From Gammaproteobacteria bacterium (GTDB lineage Bacteria; Pseudomonadota; Gammaproteobacteria; Eutrophobiales; Eutrophobiaceae): 64,000 nucleotides of DNA. The position numbers and the translations under genes are program-made. Position 1 is the first letter of the stretch, and each line of letters begins with the position of its first letter. The notes under the pieces were generated by a model, which searched no databases, was not told the DNA's origin, and saw only the letters and a program-made list of their open reading frames with translations. The DNA lies in the NCBI GenBank assembly GCA_965221455.1, contig OZ244890.1:2238507-2302506 (forward strand), read 5' to 3'. Below, piece by piece: positions 62,376-64,000 of the stretch.

Positions 62376-63105
62376 TTTGATTTGTTATTATTGTATATGT
62401 AGATTTGATCGGCCATATTTGTGTATTTATTGGATCGCAAAATTGATTGAGAATATTTGAAAATTCGTCTCTTGGTATTGTTCTTGCCCCAAGACTAGCC
62501 AGATGCTCACTGTAAACTTGGCAATCTATTAGCGTGCAACCTTGAGTTTTAAGTAAATGAACCAGATGAGCAAGGCATATTTTCGATGCGTCTGTCTTGC
62601 GACTGAACATTGATTCTCCAAAGAATATTTGTCCTATGGCGACACCGTAAAGACCACCAACCAAATCCCCGTTCTGCCAACATTCAACAGAATGTGCATA
62701 TCCTGATGCATGCAGAGATTGATAATTTTTCATGATTGCCTGAGTTATCCATGTGCCGGAACTATCCAGTCGGGGCTCGGCGCAAGATTTTACCACTTCG
62801 TGGAATCTTTGGTTAAAAGTAACTTTATAGTCATGTTTGCGTAATGATTTTTTTAAACTTCTGGATATTATCAGCTCATCCGGTAAGAGGACGCATCGAG
62901 GGTCGGGAGACCACCACATGATAGGTTGGGTTTCACTGTACCAGGGGAATATACCTTTACGATAAGCCTCCAATAAGCGGTTTGGATTTAAATCGCCGCC
63001 AATGGCCAATAATCCATCTGGTTCTGCAAGTGCGAGATTGACATCAGGAAATTCTTTGGAAATCCTGTTTTCGGCAATCCAATAGAGCATGGATTTCGTG
63101 ATCAT
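62368..63105 (-). CDS. aat: Leucyl/phenylalanyl-tRNA--protein transferase
   Basis: 245 aa. LLAIGGDLNPNRLLEAYRKGIFPWY, GGLYGVAIGQIFFGESMF. Confidence 0.9.
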   Translation of the reverse strand: MITKSMLYWIAENRISKEFPDVNLALAEPDGLLAIGGDLNPNRLLEAYRKGIFPWYSETQPIMWWSPDPRCVLLPDELIISRSLKKSLRKHDYKVTFNQRFHEVVKSCAEPRLDSSGTWITQAIMKNYQSLHASGYAHSVECWQNGDLVGGLYGVAIGQIFFGESMFSRKTDASKICLAHLVHLLKTQGCTLIDCQVYSEHLASLGARTIPRDEFSNILNQFCDPINTQIWPIKSTYTIITNQNE

Positions 63106-63617
63106 TACTCAGCTTTTGTGATTACTGAAAGATCTTTTCCGATTGAGCTATGGATAACGTTCCTGGAGCCGGATAAAGAGAACGATGTTTCATTATAACT
63201 TCCATTTTGCAGAATAAATCGATAATAAATCACATTACCATTCATTAAGTTATGTAAAGGCCGTGACAAAACTTTCTCGTCTATAACATAACCGATGACA
63301 TATTCAGACCAGCGAGCTTGTGAAATGCAACGAGCATCATTGATGGAACGATTACTCAATTCACGTCCGTCAACCTGAAAAGTTGGACATTGCCTGGTTA
63401 TAAGAAGATCATAACCGTTCCGCATGTTAAACCTTGAGCGTATAACATCGTTTTTATCTCGATATATTTCCAGTTTATATCCTTCTTCATTTTCAATCGT
63501 GGCGACATTTATCTGCCGGCCGAAATTTATATCTGTATGTGACACTATATCCCACATAGCTTGCAACTGTGCCGATATGCTCAGTAGAATTAAGGCGACG
63601 GTTATGTTTGCTTGCAT
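63105..63617 (-). CDS. Secreted hypothetical protein
   Basis: Start taken at MQANITVALILLSISAQLQA (signal peptide). No family recognised. Confidence 0.45.
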   Translation of the reverse strand: MQANITVALILLSISAQLQAMWDIVSHTDINFGRQINVATIENEEGYKLEIYRDKNDVIRSRFNMRNGYDLLITRQCPTFQVDGRELSNRSINDARCISQARWSEYVIGYVIDEKVLSRPLHNLMNGNVIYYRFILQNGSYNETSFSLSGSRNVIHSSIGKDLSVITKAE

Positions 63618-63781
63618 CTCAAACATAATATAACAAAACAAGAAATATAAAAGAACGAGTATGAGTATAACCTGGTTAACTATTCGTTATTAATATTTAA
63701 TAATCTTGATGGTAAACTAATTTATAACTTTACAATTATGGACAGATTGTCAATAGTCCAGGCGTTGGTGAGTAAATAAAG

Positions 63782-64000
63782 ATGAATCGCAGGGCATTTC
63801 TTAAACTGATACAGATTGCTGCTGTTGTACTTGGTCCGTGCAGAAATTTATCAGCAAACCCGATAGACAAGAAAACGGGAATTGTTTATGACGATTTATT
63901 TCTCAAATATTGGTTAGAGGAAGATCATCCTGAATCACCGGATAGACTACGCAGCATCATGAAGTTATTGCGTGATTCGGGTGTGCTTTTGCAGTTAACA
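63782..64000 (+). CDS. Histone deacetylase/acetoin-utilisation family protein, N-terminal part (runs off window)
   Basis: MNRRAFLKLI signal-like start, then VYDDLFLKYWLEEDHPESPDRLRSI, typical of HDAC-like amidohydrolases. Confidence 0.6.
   Translation, partial: MNRRAFLKLIQIAAVVLGPCRNLSANPIDKKTGIVYDDLFLKYWLEEDHPESPDRLRSIMKLLRDSGVLLQLT

Overview
AT-rich (by eye about 40% GC) gammaproteobacterial chromosome segment. Housekeeping gene order resembles Pseudomonas and relatives: lolCD, DUF2062-comEC, exbBD, lpxK, trm112, kdsB, LMW-PTP; also parE-parC, epmB/efp/epmA and xseB-ispA. Three accessory regions interrupt it. (1) 7.5-19.1 kb holds a complete type II-B CRISPR-Cas locus: a 1457-aa Francisella-like Cas9, cas1, cas2, cas4, a tracrRNA I could place from the sequence (anti-repeat plus own promoter and terminator, on the minus strand), and an array of 70 identical 37-nt repeats by my manual count. 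By homology and by the tracrRNA orientation, the array is read antisense to the cas operon. (2) 26.65-33.4 kb is a strongly GC-rich (about 60% by eye) insert carrying a 1211-aa secreted repeat protein. It is preceded by a perfect (GCACCGCA)x30 octanucleotide microsatellite that grows out of a truncated IS3 orfA, and is followed by IS3 fragments including an 851-bp tandem duplication and several REP-like palindrome families. (3) 51.2-54.6 kb is a decayed islet between lolD and DUF2062/comEC: a GNAT (TacT-like) toxin pseudogene, a CI/Cro-type divergent switch with three GATAC-N5-GTATC operators, a truncated cyclase-type membrane domain and a frameshifted L,D-transpeptidase. A cluster of three response-regulator proteins with degenerate GGDEF/EAL motifs lies at 38.1-41.9 kb. 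All calls rest on motif recognition by eye. No database search was run, and the coordinates of RNA and regulatory elements are predictions.
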